The notes under the pieces: model-generated
Seen by the model: the letters and a program-made list of their open reading frames with translations, nothing else
Database searches by the model: none
Told to the model about the DNA's origin: nothing
Program-made: the position numbers and the translations under genes
In this document: one piece after another, positions 1 to 9,138 of the stretch
Layout: each line of letters begins with the position of its first letter
Position numbering within the stretch: position 1 is the first letter of the stretch
NCBI GenBank assembly: GCA_964592525.1
Contig: CAZQFB010000001.1
Location: forward strand, 65,419-129,418
Reading direction: 5' to 3'
Length of the DNA stretch: 64,000 bases
DNA from: an uncultured Candidatus Saccharibacteria bacterium
GTDB taxonomy: Bacteria > Patescibacteriota > WWE3 > CAZQFB01

Positions 1-2
1 CT

Positions 3-494
3 TATAATCAACTGGCAGAATTACCTAAAGAGATTGGGTTATTATCAAATTTAAAGCAGCTGCTAGGCTCTAGAAATAGTCTACGAAAGCTTCCCTTAGA
101 AATAGACGCTCTTGAATCTTTAGAGATTATGGACCTGTCTTATAACCGTTTGGAAAGTTTCCCTCCGGAATTAGCGGAAATAACAACTTTGGAAAGCCTT
201 AAATTAAATGATAATCGCATACACTTATTACCAGATACTTTAGGAGATTTAACTTCTTTAGTTACCCTGGACCTGGCACGAAATAGCATCAATCACCTAC
301 CCCCAAGTGTTGGTAAATTGCTTTTTTTAGAAACATTGGACTTGAGAAATAATGGCCTAAATCAGGGTCTACCGAATGAAATATTACTTTTGCAGGCTAA
401 TCTGAATACCCTTTATCTTTCTGGTAATAATATTCCGCTTGCTCAACGTGAAGAAATGCTTAAGGTTTTAGTAGGCACCGATATTTACTTCTAA
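3..494 (+). CDS. Leucine-rich repeat (LRR) protein, 5'-truncated at the window edge
   Basis: The reading frame is open from position 3 and continues into the listed ORF 129..494. It contains repeated LxxLxLxxNxL units (e.g. LESLKLNDNRIHLLPDTLGDLTSLVTLDLARNSINHLPPSVGKL), a typical LRR periodicity. Confidence 0.6.
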   Translation, partial: YNQLAELPKEIGLLSNLKQLLGSRNSLRKLPLEIDALESLEIMDLSYNRLESFPPELAEITTLESLKLNDNRIHLLPDTLGDLTSLVTLDLARNSINHLPPSVGKLLFLETLDLRNNGLNQGLPNEILLLQANLNTLYLSGNNIPLAQREEMLKVLVGTDIYF

Positions 495-512
495 TTTACT
501 GCTCCCAGAGTT

Positions 513-3347
513 ATGAAAACGATTCTTAATGCCGAGCAAAAAGTTGCCGTTCAACACACTTGTGGACCATTATTAGTAATAGCTGGAGCTGGTACTGGTA
601 AAACTAGAGTAATAACCGAAAGAATAATTTATTTAATTAAACAGAAAAAGTATTTGCCACAGTCTATCTTGGCACTCACCTTTACCGAAAAAGCAGCTAG
701 AGAAATGGAAGAGCGGGTGGATATTTCTTTACCATTAGGTGCCCACGATACTTGGATTATGACCTTTCATTCTTTTTGTGATCGTGTTTTAAGGGAAAGT
801 GCAATTGAGCTGGCATTAGCTCCAGATTTTCAGGTTTTAACTGAAGCGGAAAGTTTAAGATTATTGGCGGAAGTGGTTGTGGGTTTGGATCTTAGCTTGC
901 TTAGCCCACCGAATAATCCGACCAAGTTTTTACAGTCAATCTTGTCCTATTTAAATCGGTTACAGGATGAGTTAATTGATGTTGCTAAGCTGACGCAGTT
1001 TTTTGCTGATCAGCAATGGGATAGTGAGGAAGAAAAGCACAAAGCCGAAGATTTAGTCAGTATTTATAAAGAGTATCAAGCAATAAAAAAGCGGCAAGAT
1101 TTATTAGATTATGCTGATTTAATAACATATACATATCAAGCATTTAAGAGCAATAACATCTTTAAAAAAAGATATCAACAACAATTTAAAATGGTTTTGG
1201 TGGATGAATTTCAAGATACAAATTATGCCCAAATCAAATTGTTAGAGGCGCTAGTAGCAGATGATAAAAATATTATGGTTGTTGGAGATGATGATCAAAG
1301 TATCTTCCGGTGGCGAGGTGCTGCGGTATTCAATGTGCTTGAGTTTGAACAGTATTTTCCTGGAGCCAAAACGATCACGCTAGTCGATAATTATAGGTCG
1401 CCTCAAAAACTTTTAGATTGTGCCTACAGGTTGATCCAACATAACAATCCCCATCGTCTGGAGAACAAAATTGGTGTCAGCAAACGTTTGAAAGCGCAAC
1501 TGGATGAGAAGGGTGAGCTCAAAATTATCAAAGCTGTAGATGAGGAAGAAGAGGCGGTGTTTGTTGCACAGGAGATTAAATCTTTAATTGAGAAGGGTTA
1601 TTTATATAATGATATTGCTGTTTTGGTAAGAGCGAACCACCATGGTGACAGTTTTGCGAGAAGATTCTCTCTGGAAAGAATTCCTTATCAAAGAAGTGGT
1701 GTGGATAAGTGGTACCACGAACCGATTGTTAAGGATCTGATAGCTTATGTAATGCTTATAGCCAATCCCTTTGATGACATATATTTTTACCGTTTCCTCA
1801 CCTCTCCTCATTTAAGTATTAGTGGTGTTGAAATATCTAAAATTGTTAATCAGGCTAGAAAGAGCAATAAAAGTTTGTATGAGGTTGCGAAGCAGAGCTT
1901 TAGTATAGAGGTCATGGAATTGTTACAGAAACATCTGACGACACCCAGAAGAAGAATAGGCGAGCTGTTATATGAGTATATTTATGGTTCTGGATTGCTA
2001 GAGAGGTTGAAGGATGGAGCAATAATTCAAGATGTCAAGGATGCTCGTTTAATCTCTAGGTTATTTGAGGAAGTGTCTAGATTTGAAAAGAATAGCTTAG
2101 ACCCGTGTGCTTACTCCTTCTCTAAATATTTAGATTTAGTCTATGCTACCAGTGGCTCTTCGGAAGATTTTGATCTTGAAGAAAACTCTGTAAAGATACT
2201 CACGATACATGCCTCTAAAGGATTAGAGTTTCCAGTTGTCTTTATGGTTAATCTCGTTAAAGGTAGGTTTCCTAGTGTCAACAAACACGATTCCCTGCTA
2301 GTACCAGAAACCCTTATTAAGGAAAAATTGTCTGTTAATATAGCTGATCTTCATCTGCAAGAAGAAAGGAGGCTTTTTTACGTTGGCCTTACTAGAGCCA
2401 AAGCAATAATATATTTTACTTTCGCTGATAAATATGGTGTTGGTAAAAGATATAGAAAAATGAGTCCTTTTGTCACTGAAGCTCTTGATCAGTCTTTAGA
2501 AAAATACATGCTCAAAACCGTACACCACTTGCCGATGTTTCACATGTTTATAAATGATAAGTATAGCGATATAAAGGGTACATATAGTACCCCTATAAAT
2601 AGGTTAGAGTATATAAGCTATTCACATCTAGATACCTTTAATGTATGTCCGTTGCAGTACAAATATCGTTATGTGTTGAAAATACCTGCCATTAGAAGTG
2701 CCGCAGCTTCATATGGGACTGCTTTACATGAAACTCTACGGGATTTTTATACTGGCTTAAAGATTGGTAAAAAGTGGAACAGGAAAAAATTATTAGCTTT
2801 ATACCAAAGCTACTGGTCTGCAGAAGGTTATGAGAGCAGAGAACACGAGGCAAGGAGCAAAAAGGAAGGGGAACTAGCTTTAAGTGAGTACTATAACAAA
2901 CAGCATCATCCAAATCAGCTTCCGCTATATATTGAAAAACAGTTTCTTATTTCTTTTAAGAGCATCTCTATAAAGGGTGTTATTGATAGAATAGATCAAT
3001 TGTCTGATGGTACGATAGAGATAATTGATTACAAAACCTCAAAACCGTTAACGAGTATCCAACTTAAAAAAGATCTGCAACTGTCCTTATATGCGATGGT
3101 TGTCAGCTCGCCTCAATTTTTAGGGGTACCTCTGGCAAAACAAAAGGTTAGTATCTATAACTTTCAGGATCATAACAAAAGAACTTCTACCAGGAGCAAG
3201 GAGGATATTGAAATACTGAAGAAGCATATAGAGGGAGTTGTTGAGGAGATTAATCAGAGCAAGTTTCCTCCAAAAGTTTCTCCATTATGTAAGTATTGTT
3301 CCTATCAGATGCTCTGTGATGCTTATCAAGGAGATTACCAACATTGA
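513..3347 (+). CDS. UvrD/Rep-family SF1 helicase fused to a C-terminal PD-(D/E)XK Cas4/AddB-like nuclease domain with a Cys cluster (AddA/AddB-like helicase-nuclease)
   Basis: The N-terminus has a Walker A motif (GAGTGKTRV) and UvrD motifs (TFTEKAAREM, VLVDEFQDTN). The C-terminus has the EIIDYKTSK PD-(D/E)XK motif plus Cys residues (CPLQYKYRY ... CKYCSYQMLC) typical of Fe-S RecB-family nucleases. Confidence 0.75.
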   Translation: MKTILNAEQKVAVQHTCGPLLVIAGAGTGKTRVITERIIYLIKQKKYLPQSILALTFTEKAAREMEERVDISLPLGAHDTWIMTFHSFCDRVLRESAIELALAPDFQVLTEAESLRLLAEVVVGLDLSLLSPPNNPTKFLQSILSYLNRLQDELIDVAKLTQFFADQQWDSEEEKHKAEDLVSIYKEYQAIKKRQDLLDYADLITYTYQAFKSNNIFKKRYQQQFKMVLVDEFQDTNYAQIKLLEALVADDKNIMVVGDDDQSIFRWRGAAVFNVLEFEQYFPGAKTITLVDNYRSPQKLLDCAYRLIQHNNPHRLENKIGVSKRLKAQLDEKGELKIIKAVDEEEEAVFVAQEIKSLIEKGYLYNDIAVLVRANHHGDSFARRFSLERIPYQRSGVDKWYHEPIVKDLIAYVMLIANPFDDIYFYRFLTSPHLSISGVEISKIVNQARKSNKSLYEVAKQSFSIEVMELLQKHLTTPRRRIGELLYEYIYGSGLLERLKDGAIIQDVKDARLISRLFEEVSRFEKNSLDPCAYSFSKYLDLVYATSGSSEDFDLEENSVKILTIHASKGLEFPVVFMVNLVKGRFPSVNKHDSLLVPETLIKEKLSVNIADLHLQEERRLFYVGLTRAKAIIYFTFADKYGVGKRYRKMSPFVTEALDQSLEKYMLKTVHHLPMFHMFINDKYSDIKGTYSTPINRLEYISYSHLDTFNVCPLQYKYRYVLKIPAIRSAAASYGTALHETLRDFYTGLKIGKKWNRKKLLALYQSYWSAEGYESREHEARSKKEGELALSEYYNKQHHPNQLPLYIEKQFLISFKSISIKGVIDRIDQLSDGTIEIIDYKTSKPLTSIQLKKDLQLSLYAMVVSSPQFLGVPLAKQKVSIYNFQDHNKRTSTRSKEDIEILKKHIEGVVEEINQSKFPPKVSPLCKYCSYQMLCDAYQGDYQH

Positions 3348-3409
3348 AAACGGCACTTGACTAACTATAGGTTTTAAGCAATAATAGCTTTATCTTTCAA
3401 ATCACATTA

Positions 3410-3628
3410 GATCGCAGGAGGTGATCAGTGTGCGTCGACGAAATTAAGAGGGAAGTTCAGGAGGACCCCACGAAGCGCGTTCCTCGTGGGGTATGTCGGT
3501 GTGATTGTGCTCTCTGCGATCGTGGAGAACACAATCTTTGCCCAAGTAGGTTGTGCGGTTTGGGTTATCCCGAGCCTTCAACTCCACATCAGGATCCGTA
3601 ACTAACGTTACGGATCCTCTTTTTTTGC
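3410..3628 (+). ncRNA. Candidate structured small RNA (GC-rich intergenic segment; identity unresolved, 5' end tmRNA-like)
   Basis: It lies in a non-coding gap between convergent genes and is markedly GC-richer than the flanks. There is long-range complementarity between GATCGCAG (3410-3417) and CTGCGATC (3514-3521), and an internal hairpin CCCCACGA/TCGTGGGG (3465-3492). It ends in a hairpin plus T7 run at 3591-3627. The 5' sequence GGAGGTGATCAGTGTGCGTCGACG resembles the tmRNA 5' consensus. Confidence 0.3.
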
Positions 3629-4563
3629 TTAAGTACTTGCCAGCGGATTTTGTCGGCTGTTTGAAAAAGTTTATACCCAACCGGGTCTATGATAAGATCC
3701 CAAGCTCCTGGGTATTCAATTAATTCTGCACCGTAACCTTCTTTAAAACGGTGAAAGCCATACCAAGGATCCTCTCTAGCTACTGGTTGGGGAAGGGCTC
3801 CCCACATATCTAACTGGGAACAGCCAATTTTTTTCCCTAACCTAATCGCTTCCCACATGATTAGGTTGTTAGCCATCACCTCTTTATGTTCAGTACTTGA
3901 ACCACCATAGGGGTAATAAAAAGTATCTTTGTAGCTCATTAAAAAGTAAGCGGCTAAGGGTTTATTTTGGTAAGTGGCTATTAAAAGGTATGCCATATTT
4001 TTAGCAGTCAGCATCTTCCATAAAGTATGGTAGTACTTATCAGGATGAAGGTGAAAACCTTGTCTAATGGCAGTTTCTTGCTGCAAAAGCAAAAAAGTAT
4101 TAATGTCTTCAGCTCTTTCCACCCTTACCCCTTTCTTCTGGGCCAGCTTAATGTTGTATCTGGTTTTGGGGTGCATCTTTGTTAACAGTTCTTCTTCTGA
4201 AGGGGCTATTTCTAGCATAAAGGTAGCCGTGGCAAAGGTTGGTTGAGTTTTCAATAGTTGGTATTTAGTTTGGGGTATTTGGTAGGAAAGGGGTGCATTT
4301 GGCACATCAATTTTGATATGTGTACAATGGTGTTCTTTGCCTGAAGTAAAAAGAATATCCAAATCTAAATCTTTAGGCTGAAGACGGGGTAAATAACCTA
4401 CCTTTTTATTACTAAAGGGTATTGAGTGCAGAGTGTATTGAAGCTGACCAATGCGAACACTAGGGGTACCCATCTTAGTTTTAAATTCTCCCCACTCCGG
4501 TGATTGCACGACATGGTCTGGATATTTATTCATCTTTACTAAAAAGTTTACACCATTCCTCAA
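3589..4563 (-). CDS. FemAB-family peptidoglycan interpeptide-bridge aminoacyltransferase
   Basis: Fem/FemX-like pattern (KTRYNIKLAQKKGVRVERAEDINTFLLLQQETAIRQGF ... YYPYGGSSTEHKEVMANNLIMWEAIRLGKKIGCSQLDMWG). An alternative start is Met11 (4533). Confidence 0.55.
   Translation of the reverse strand: MRNGVNFLVKMNKYPDHVVQSPEWGEFKTKMGTPSVRIGQLQYTLHSIPFSNKKVGYLPRLQPKDLDLDILFTSGKEHHCTHIKIDVPNAPLSYQIPQTKYQLLKTQPTFATATFMLEIAPSEEELLTKMHPKTRYNIKLAQKKGVRVERAEDINTFLLLQQETAIRQGFHLHPDKYYHTLWKMLTAKNMAYLLIATYQNKPLAAYFLMSYKDTFYYPYGGSSTEHKEVMANNLIMWEAIRLGKKIGCSQLDMWGALPQPVAREDPWYGFHRFKEGYGAELIEYPGAWDLIIDPVGYKLFQTADKIRWQVLKQKKRIRNVSYGS
3591..3627 (+). terminator. Rho-independent terminator-like hairpin (AGGATCCGTAAC-TAA-CGTTACGGATCCT) followed by CTTTTTTT
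   Basis: A perfect 12-bp inverted repeat with a 3-4 nt loop followed by a T7 run on the + strand. It has A-rich flanks on the other strand, so it may act bidirectionally for the convergent genes. Confidence 0.55.
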
Positions 4564-5251
4564 AAGTTAGTGTTTCGGCTCTTCTTCTCGGATCAATACC
4601 ACAACTATTAAGCAGCTCTAGCGCAAAGACCTTTTTTAGCATTTTACGGGGATGGGAAAAACCCTTATGAAGAAAATTCATGAACTTAATCTTATTTTCA
4701 ATCTTAGCGGGATCTTTCTTAATAGTGATCAGAGCGCTTTCTACCTTGGGGGGAGGGTTAAAAGCTTGTGGCGGTATGGTTTGAAGGTATTTAGCTACGC
4801 CGTAGAGGAGGACAAAATTTGCTAGGTAAGAGGCTTTAGGTGGTTTAGCAGTTATTTTATCTGCCACCTCTTTTTGTACAAGAAGGGAAAGTTTTTCTAT
4901 CTCTCCCAGCTCGCCCAATACCAGTCTGTGTAGGAACGGAGATGTAATTTGGTAAGGGAGAGAGCTAACAATAGTAAGTGGACTTTGTGTTAATCGGGTA
5001 ATTTTTAAAATGTCACCGGCAATGATTTCTACATTTGTTCCATCAAACTTTTTCTTAAGAAAGGGAATCAGTTCTTGGTCAAATTCTACAGCGATTACTT
5101 TAGCTGCTTGTTTAGCCAACTCTTCTGTGACAGCCCCCTTACCTGGTCCAACCTCCAGCACAATAGTGTTATTTGTTATCTCTCCACTGCTTACCAGTTG
5201 GGCGATAACTTCTTGGTTGATAAGGAAGTGTTGACCTAAAACTTTTTTCAT
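4526..5251 (-). CDS. rsmA: 16S rRNA (adenine1518/1519-N6)-dimethyltransferase RsmA/KsgA
   Basis: QHFLINQEVIAQLV followed by the SAM-binding motif VLEVGPGKGAVTEEL; about 240 aa as for KsgA. Confidence 0.8.
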   Translation of the reverse strand: MKKVLGQHFLINQEVIAQLVSSGEITNNTIVLEVGPGKGAVTEELAKQAAKVIAVEFDQELIPFLKKKFDGTNVEIIAGDILKITRLTQSPLTIVSSLPYQITSPFLHRLVLGELGEIEKLSLLVQKEVADKITAKPPKASYLANFVLLYGVAKYLQTIPPQAFNPPPKVESALITIKKDPAKIENKIKFMNFLHKGFSHPRKMLKKVFALELLNSCGIDPRRRAETLTFEEWCKLFSKDE

Positions 5252-5964
5252 TAGGGAATAATGTAAATATCAGTGTAGCGAGCACTCCACCAACCTTCAT
5301 GGACATTTTCAAATCCGAGATCAACCATATTCCCTTTAATGCCACCACCAATATCTTGAGCGCTGCAGATTCCGTAGGCGGGAACATAGAAAGCTGTGCC
5401 CAGCGGTATTACTTCAGGGTCGACAGCACAAATCCCGTGGGTCACTTTTTTACCGGTTGCTGTTCTTCCTGTACAGCCAAGACAATTACCGTCATAGGAA
5501 GTAGCCCAAACGTTAATTTTTTCCCGATATTTAATTTCTCCAAGATCTTCCGTAGCTAGTCCCCGGATGATGATCTTGGTACCTTTCAAGATTATTTCGT
5601 TGGTTGGTTCTGTGGTTTCAGTATTAATTAAATCTCTACTAACTTCTTGCCCTTGCCAATAAGTCAGGTCGTAAGTTCTGGTAATCTTCCCTACAACCCC
5701 TTCTTGTAATATTTCTTGATATCCCACCTCTTTTTCCTCATCTTCTTGCACCTCAATTTCAAAGGGAATCTCTTCTTCTTCAAGTATCACCTCGCTACTA
5801 AAAGTACTACTTGTTTTAAGGCTGTAGGCGGTATTTTGGACATCTGTATCTTGAGCGGATACTGCTGGCAAGTGACTTATTAAAGCCATATCTTGAGTGA
5901 GTGTTTCACTGAATAGGAGCGGTGAGGTTAAAGCAATAATAGTAGCTACGATAAGAGCTTGCAT
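5251..5964 (-). CDS. Secreted G5-domain + 3D-domain (MltA/YabE-like) cell-wall protein
   Basis: N-terminal signal/TM segment, acidic linker, a G5-like segment (GVVGKITRTYDLTYWQGQEVSRDLINTETTEPTNEIILKGTKI) and a C-terminal 3D domain (ATSYDGNCLGCTGRTATGKKVTHGICAVDPEVIPLGTAFYVPAYG ... DIGGGIKGNMVD). Confidence 0.6.
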   Translation of the reverse strand: MQALIVATIIALTSPLLFSETLTQDMALISHLPAVSAQDTDVQNTAYSLKTSSTFSSEVILEEEEIPFEIEVQEDEEKEVGYQEILQEGVVGKITRTYDLTYWQGQEVSRDLINTETTEPTNEIILKGTKIIIRGLATEDLGEIKYREKINVWATSYDGNCLGCTGRTATGKKVTHGICAVDPEVIPLGTAFYVPAYGICSAQDIGGGIKGNMVDLGFENVHEGWWSARYTDIYIIP

Positions 5965-5981
5965 AAAGTTGAATTAAGCGT

Positions 5982-7835
5982 TTAGACTCTAGCACTAAAG
6001 TGTTCTTGCAGCAAATCAGGCGGTATATCCTGGACAAACCGGGACATCACCCCAAATTGTAGGTTGCCAAAATACCTTCTATTTCGCGCGTAAGTGAGGT
6101 GTAATTTTTTCTTTGCTCTAGTGATCCCTACGTAACAAAGTCTCCTTTCTTCTTCTAGTTCGTCGGGTGATCCTAGAGCTCGGTTGTGGGGAAATAACCC
6201 TTCTTCCATACCAATCATAAAAACAGTCTTAAATTCTAGACCTTTAGCACTATGTAGCGTCATCAAGTTAATAGCCGCAGATTCTTTGGGAAAGTTTACA
6301 TTAGGGAGTTGGTCGTTTTGCACCAGAGAAACATTCTCTAAAAAATCATCAAGATCAGCGAACTGGGCAGCTACTGTCCGTAACTCTCTAACATTTTCTT
6401 TTCTTTCTCTATCTTCTTCTGTGTTGTGAGCATATTTATCAAGATAGGCGGTGACCTTTAGTATTTGATCCAATAACTCGATCACACTCATGCCATCCAC
6501 TTTGATTGAGGGTCTATATTCTTCAAATCGTTGTTTCCTTTTTTTCCCCAATTTAGTCACTCTTTCAAGAGCGACACTATCTTGGGGATTTCTTATCAGT
6601 CTTAAATAGGAGAGCACGTCCTTTACCTCCTTTCGCTCATAAAATTTTATCCCCCCAACGATGCGGTAGGGCATACCCCAACGCATAAAAGTGTCTTCTA
6701 AGGCTCGGGATTGAGCGTTGGTACGATAGAGTACGGCATAATCATCAAAGGAAAGATCTAGATTTTTTATTTCCAGCTCTTCTTTAAGGTTTAACAGGGA
6801 AGAATCAGCCTTAATTTCACTTAGAATCTTCATGGCAATATATTCGCCTTCTTCTTGTTCGTTACTGGCTTCAAATAAAGATACTTTTTCCCCATCGTCA
6901 TTGTTGGTCCATAAGTCTAGTTGGAGGTGGTTTTTACCGTGCTTGATAACCTCGGAAGCAGCCTTGATAATTGATTTAGTGCTGCGGTAGTTTTGTTCCA
7001 AGCGAAAAATTTTTACGTTGTTAAAGTCACGTTCAAATTGAAGAATATTTCTAAAGTCTGCCCCTCGCCAAGAGTATATGGCTTGATTGACATCACCTAC
7101 CACACAGATATTAGAATGGGTTGCGGAAAGAAGCTTAACTAAAGTATATTGGGCGTGATTGGTATCTTGGTATTCGTCCACTAAAATATATTTAAAGCGT
7201 TTTTGGTAAATTTTCAGAATGGTTTGGTTCTGCTTAAATAATTCAACGGTTTTGGTTAAGAGATCACCAAAATCTACGGCATCATTAAGCAGTAATTTTT
7301 TTTGGTAAAGCGGAAATATTTCGGCTACCGTTTTTTGAAAGTAGCCATGGGCATATTGAGCATATTCTTCAGGACCAATTAGTTCGTTTTTAGCTCCATT
7401 TATGGAGTTAAGAACTGAAGCAGCCTTAATATTATTTGGGCTATAACTTGTTTGGTTAATAAGTTGTTTAAGGAGAGCTATGGAATCATTATCATCATAA
7501 ATCGCAAAACTTTTTGACAAGCCCAGATGATGACCTTCGCTGCGAAGCATACGGGCACAAAAAGAGTGAAAGGTGCTGATCCAAGGAGACGCGATGTGAT
7601 CTGTCAGTAGTTGATTAATACGATCTTTCATTTCTAACGCAGCTTTGTTGGTGAAGGTGAGGCACAATATTTCTGATGGTGCTAATTTCTTTTCGTTTAT
7701 TAGATAGGCTACTTTATGTGTTAAGGCTTTAGTTTTGCCGGAGCCTGGACCAGCTATGATTAAGCTCGGTCCTTCCGTTTCAGCTACTGCTTCCTGTTGT
7801 TGCTTGTTTAAATTAGCCAAGATATGATTAGTCAC
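5982..7835 (-). CDS. pcrA: ATP-dependent DNA helicase PcrA/UvrD family
   Basis: Walker A motif AGPGSGKTKALTHKVAYLI, motifs LTFTNKAALEM, ILVDEYQDTNHAQY, VVGDVNQAIYSWRGA and C-terminal LHSAKGLEF ... YVGITRAK. Confidence 0.8.
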   Translation of the reverse strand: MTNHILANLNKQQQEAVAETEGPSLIIAGPGSGKTKALTHKVAYLINEKKLAPSEILCLTFTNKAALEMKDRINQLLTDHIASPWISTFHSFCARMLRSEGHHLGLSKSFAIYDDNDSIALLKQLINQTSYSPNNIKAASVLNSINGAKNELIGPEEYAQYAHGYFQKTVAEIFPLYQKKLLLNDAVDFGDLLTKTVELFKQNQTILKIYQKRFKYILVDEYQDTNHAQYTLVKLLSATHSNICVVGDVNQAIYSWRGADFRNILQFERDFNNVKIFRLEQNYRSTKSIIKAASEVIKHGKNHLQLDLWTNNDDGEKVSLFEASNEQEEGEYIAMKILSEIKADSSLLNLKEELEIKNLDLSFDDYAVLYRTNAQSRALEDTFMRWGMPYRIVGGIKFYERKEVKDVLSYLRLIRNPQDSVALERVTKLGKKRKQRFEEYRPSIKVDGMSVIELLDQILKVTAYLDKYAHNTEEDRERKENVRELRTVAAQFADLDDFLENVSLVQNDQLPNVNFPKESAAINLMTLHSAKGLEFKTVFMIGMEEGLFPHNRALGSPDELEEERRLCYVGITRAKKKLHLTYARNRRYFGNLQFGVMSRFVQDIPPDLLQEHFSARV

Positions 7836-7879
7836 GAGGTCTATCTTAACAAATGTTTAGCTGAAAATAAGGAGGAACA

Positions 7880-8971
7880 ATGGCATTAACTATCGCAATA
7901 AACGGCTTAGGTCGGATTGGGCGGGCGGCATTAAAGATTGCTCTGGATAGAGAGGATATCAAAGTGGTGGCGATAAACGACTTGCAGGATGTTAGGGTTC
8001 TGTCGTACCTGTTAAATTACGATACCGTATATGGTGCTTACGAAAGAATGGTTAGTGCGGAACGGGATGGGGTAGTAGTGGCTATGGAAGATGTGACTCC
8101 TAATTATGAGTATGTGTCAGAGTCTTCCGGCAGTAATCATAGCGATTATTTAATTGTGGATGAGACAAAAATTAAAGTCTTTAACCAGAAAGACCCCAAC
8201 CAGATACCTTGGGGTGAGTTGGGTGTGGATGTTGTTCTGGAGTGTACGGGAGTATTTACTGATTATGAAAAGGCTAAAGCTCATTTGGCAGCGGGGGCAA
8301 AAAAAGTCATTATCTCCGCACCTAGTAAGGGAGAAGGTGGAAAGACACTGGTTTTTGGCACAGAAAGTCTGGAACATGAGTTGAACACAGCGATTATCTC
8401 TAATGCTTCTTGCACCACAAATTGTGTCGCCCCAGTGGTTCAGATTATGGAGGATACGTTTGGTATAGATAAAGCTTGGTTAACCACTATTCATTCTTAT
8501 ACTGCCAGCCAGAATTTAGTTGATGGTTCGCACCACAAAGACCTTCGTAGAGGGCGAGCGGCCGCCGCCAATATTGTACCCACCACTACGGGGGCAACAA
8601 AAGCGGCTACGGAAGCGGTGCCTTCGCTTAAGGACAAGTTTGAAGGAGTGGCTATCAGGGTGCCGACGATTAATGTGTCCTTTAGTATAATTACAGCTAT
8701 TCTCAAACAAGGTACTACTATGGAAGAGCTCAACCAAACTTTTATTAAAGCGAGTGTCGAGGATAGGTACAGGGGAATTGTGACTACCACGGTTGAGCCT
8801 TTGGTATCTTCTGATTACATCAAAAACCCCCATTCAGCTATAGTGGATATGGATCTTACTCGCGTTCAAGAAGGGACCTTTGTGACTGTGTTTGCTTGGT
8901 ATGATAACGAATGGGGTTACGCTACTCGCTTGGTAGAGATGGCAAGTTGGCTGATGGGGCACTCTAACTAG
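7880..8971 (+). CDS. gap: Glyceraldehyde-3-phosphate dehydrogenase
   Basis: INGLGRIGRAALKIAL NAD-binding N-terminus and the catalytic SNASCTTNCVAPVV motif. A GGAGG RBS sits 8 nt upstream of the ATG. Confidence 0.9.
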   Translation: MALTIAINGLGRIGRAALKIALDREDIKVVAINDLQDVRVLSYLLNYDTVYGAYERMVSAERDGVVVAMEDVTPNYEYVSESSGSNHSDYLIVDETKIKVFNQKDPNQIPWGELGVDVVLECTGVFTDYEKAKAHLAAGAKKVIISAPSKGEGGKTLVFGTESLEHELNTAIISNASCTTNCVAPVVQIMEDTFGIDKAWLTTIHSYTASQNLVDGSHHKDLRRGRAAAANIVPTTTGATKAATEAVPSLKDKFEGVAIRVPTINVSFSIITAILKQGTTMEELNQTFIKASVEDRYRGIVTTTVEPLVSSDYIKNPHSAIVDMDLTRVQEGTFVTVFAWYDNEWGYATRLVEMASWLMGHSN

Positions 8972-9138
8972 ACTAACCTTGCTTGCGTTTGGATCAGTTC
9001 TTCTAGCCCTGGTGTGATCAAATCCTTTTCGCTTTAGCCTACGCTTCTCACCTCTGGTCAACCTCAGAGAGAACGACACTGTTAAACTTCCCTTGGGTGA
9101 TTGGATTGGGACATACTAGCACACTATGGGTTTTATGG

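Noticed and set aside
1602-2913. Two antisense ORFs (69 and 73 aa) inside the UvrD-nuclease gene
   Set aside because: They are fully embedded on the opposite strand of a well-supported CDS, with low-complexity translations and no motifs.
3541-3590. tRNA-like T-arm/acceptor (TTCAACTCC) as evidence for a complete tmRNA
   Set aside because: I could not pair a 5-bp T-stem or a 7-bp acceptor stem with the proposed 5' end, so the full tmRNA call is not supported from sequence alone and is kept only as a hypothesis in the findings.
3444-3680. 78-aa minus-strand ORF inside the GC-rich intergenic segment
   Set aside because: It has no recognisable motifs, an arbitrary composition, and lies entirely within a region that looks like structured RNA and a terminator. 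It is more likely non-coding.
5010-6429. Antisense or overlapping small ORFs within the ksgA, G5/3D and pcrA genes (5010-5234, 5169-5387, 5299-5559, 6184-6429)
   Set aside because: Shadow ORFs of strongly supported genes; no independent evidence.
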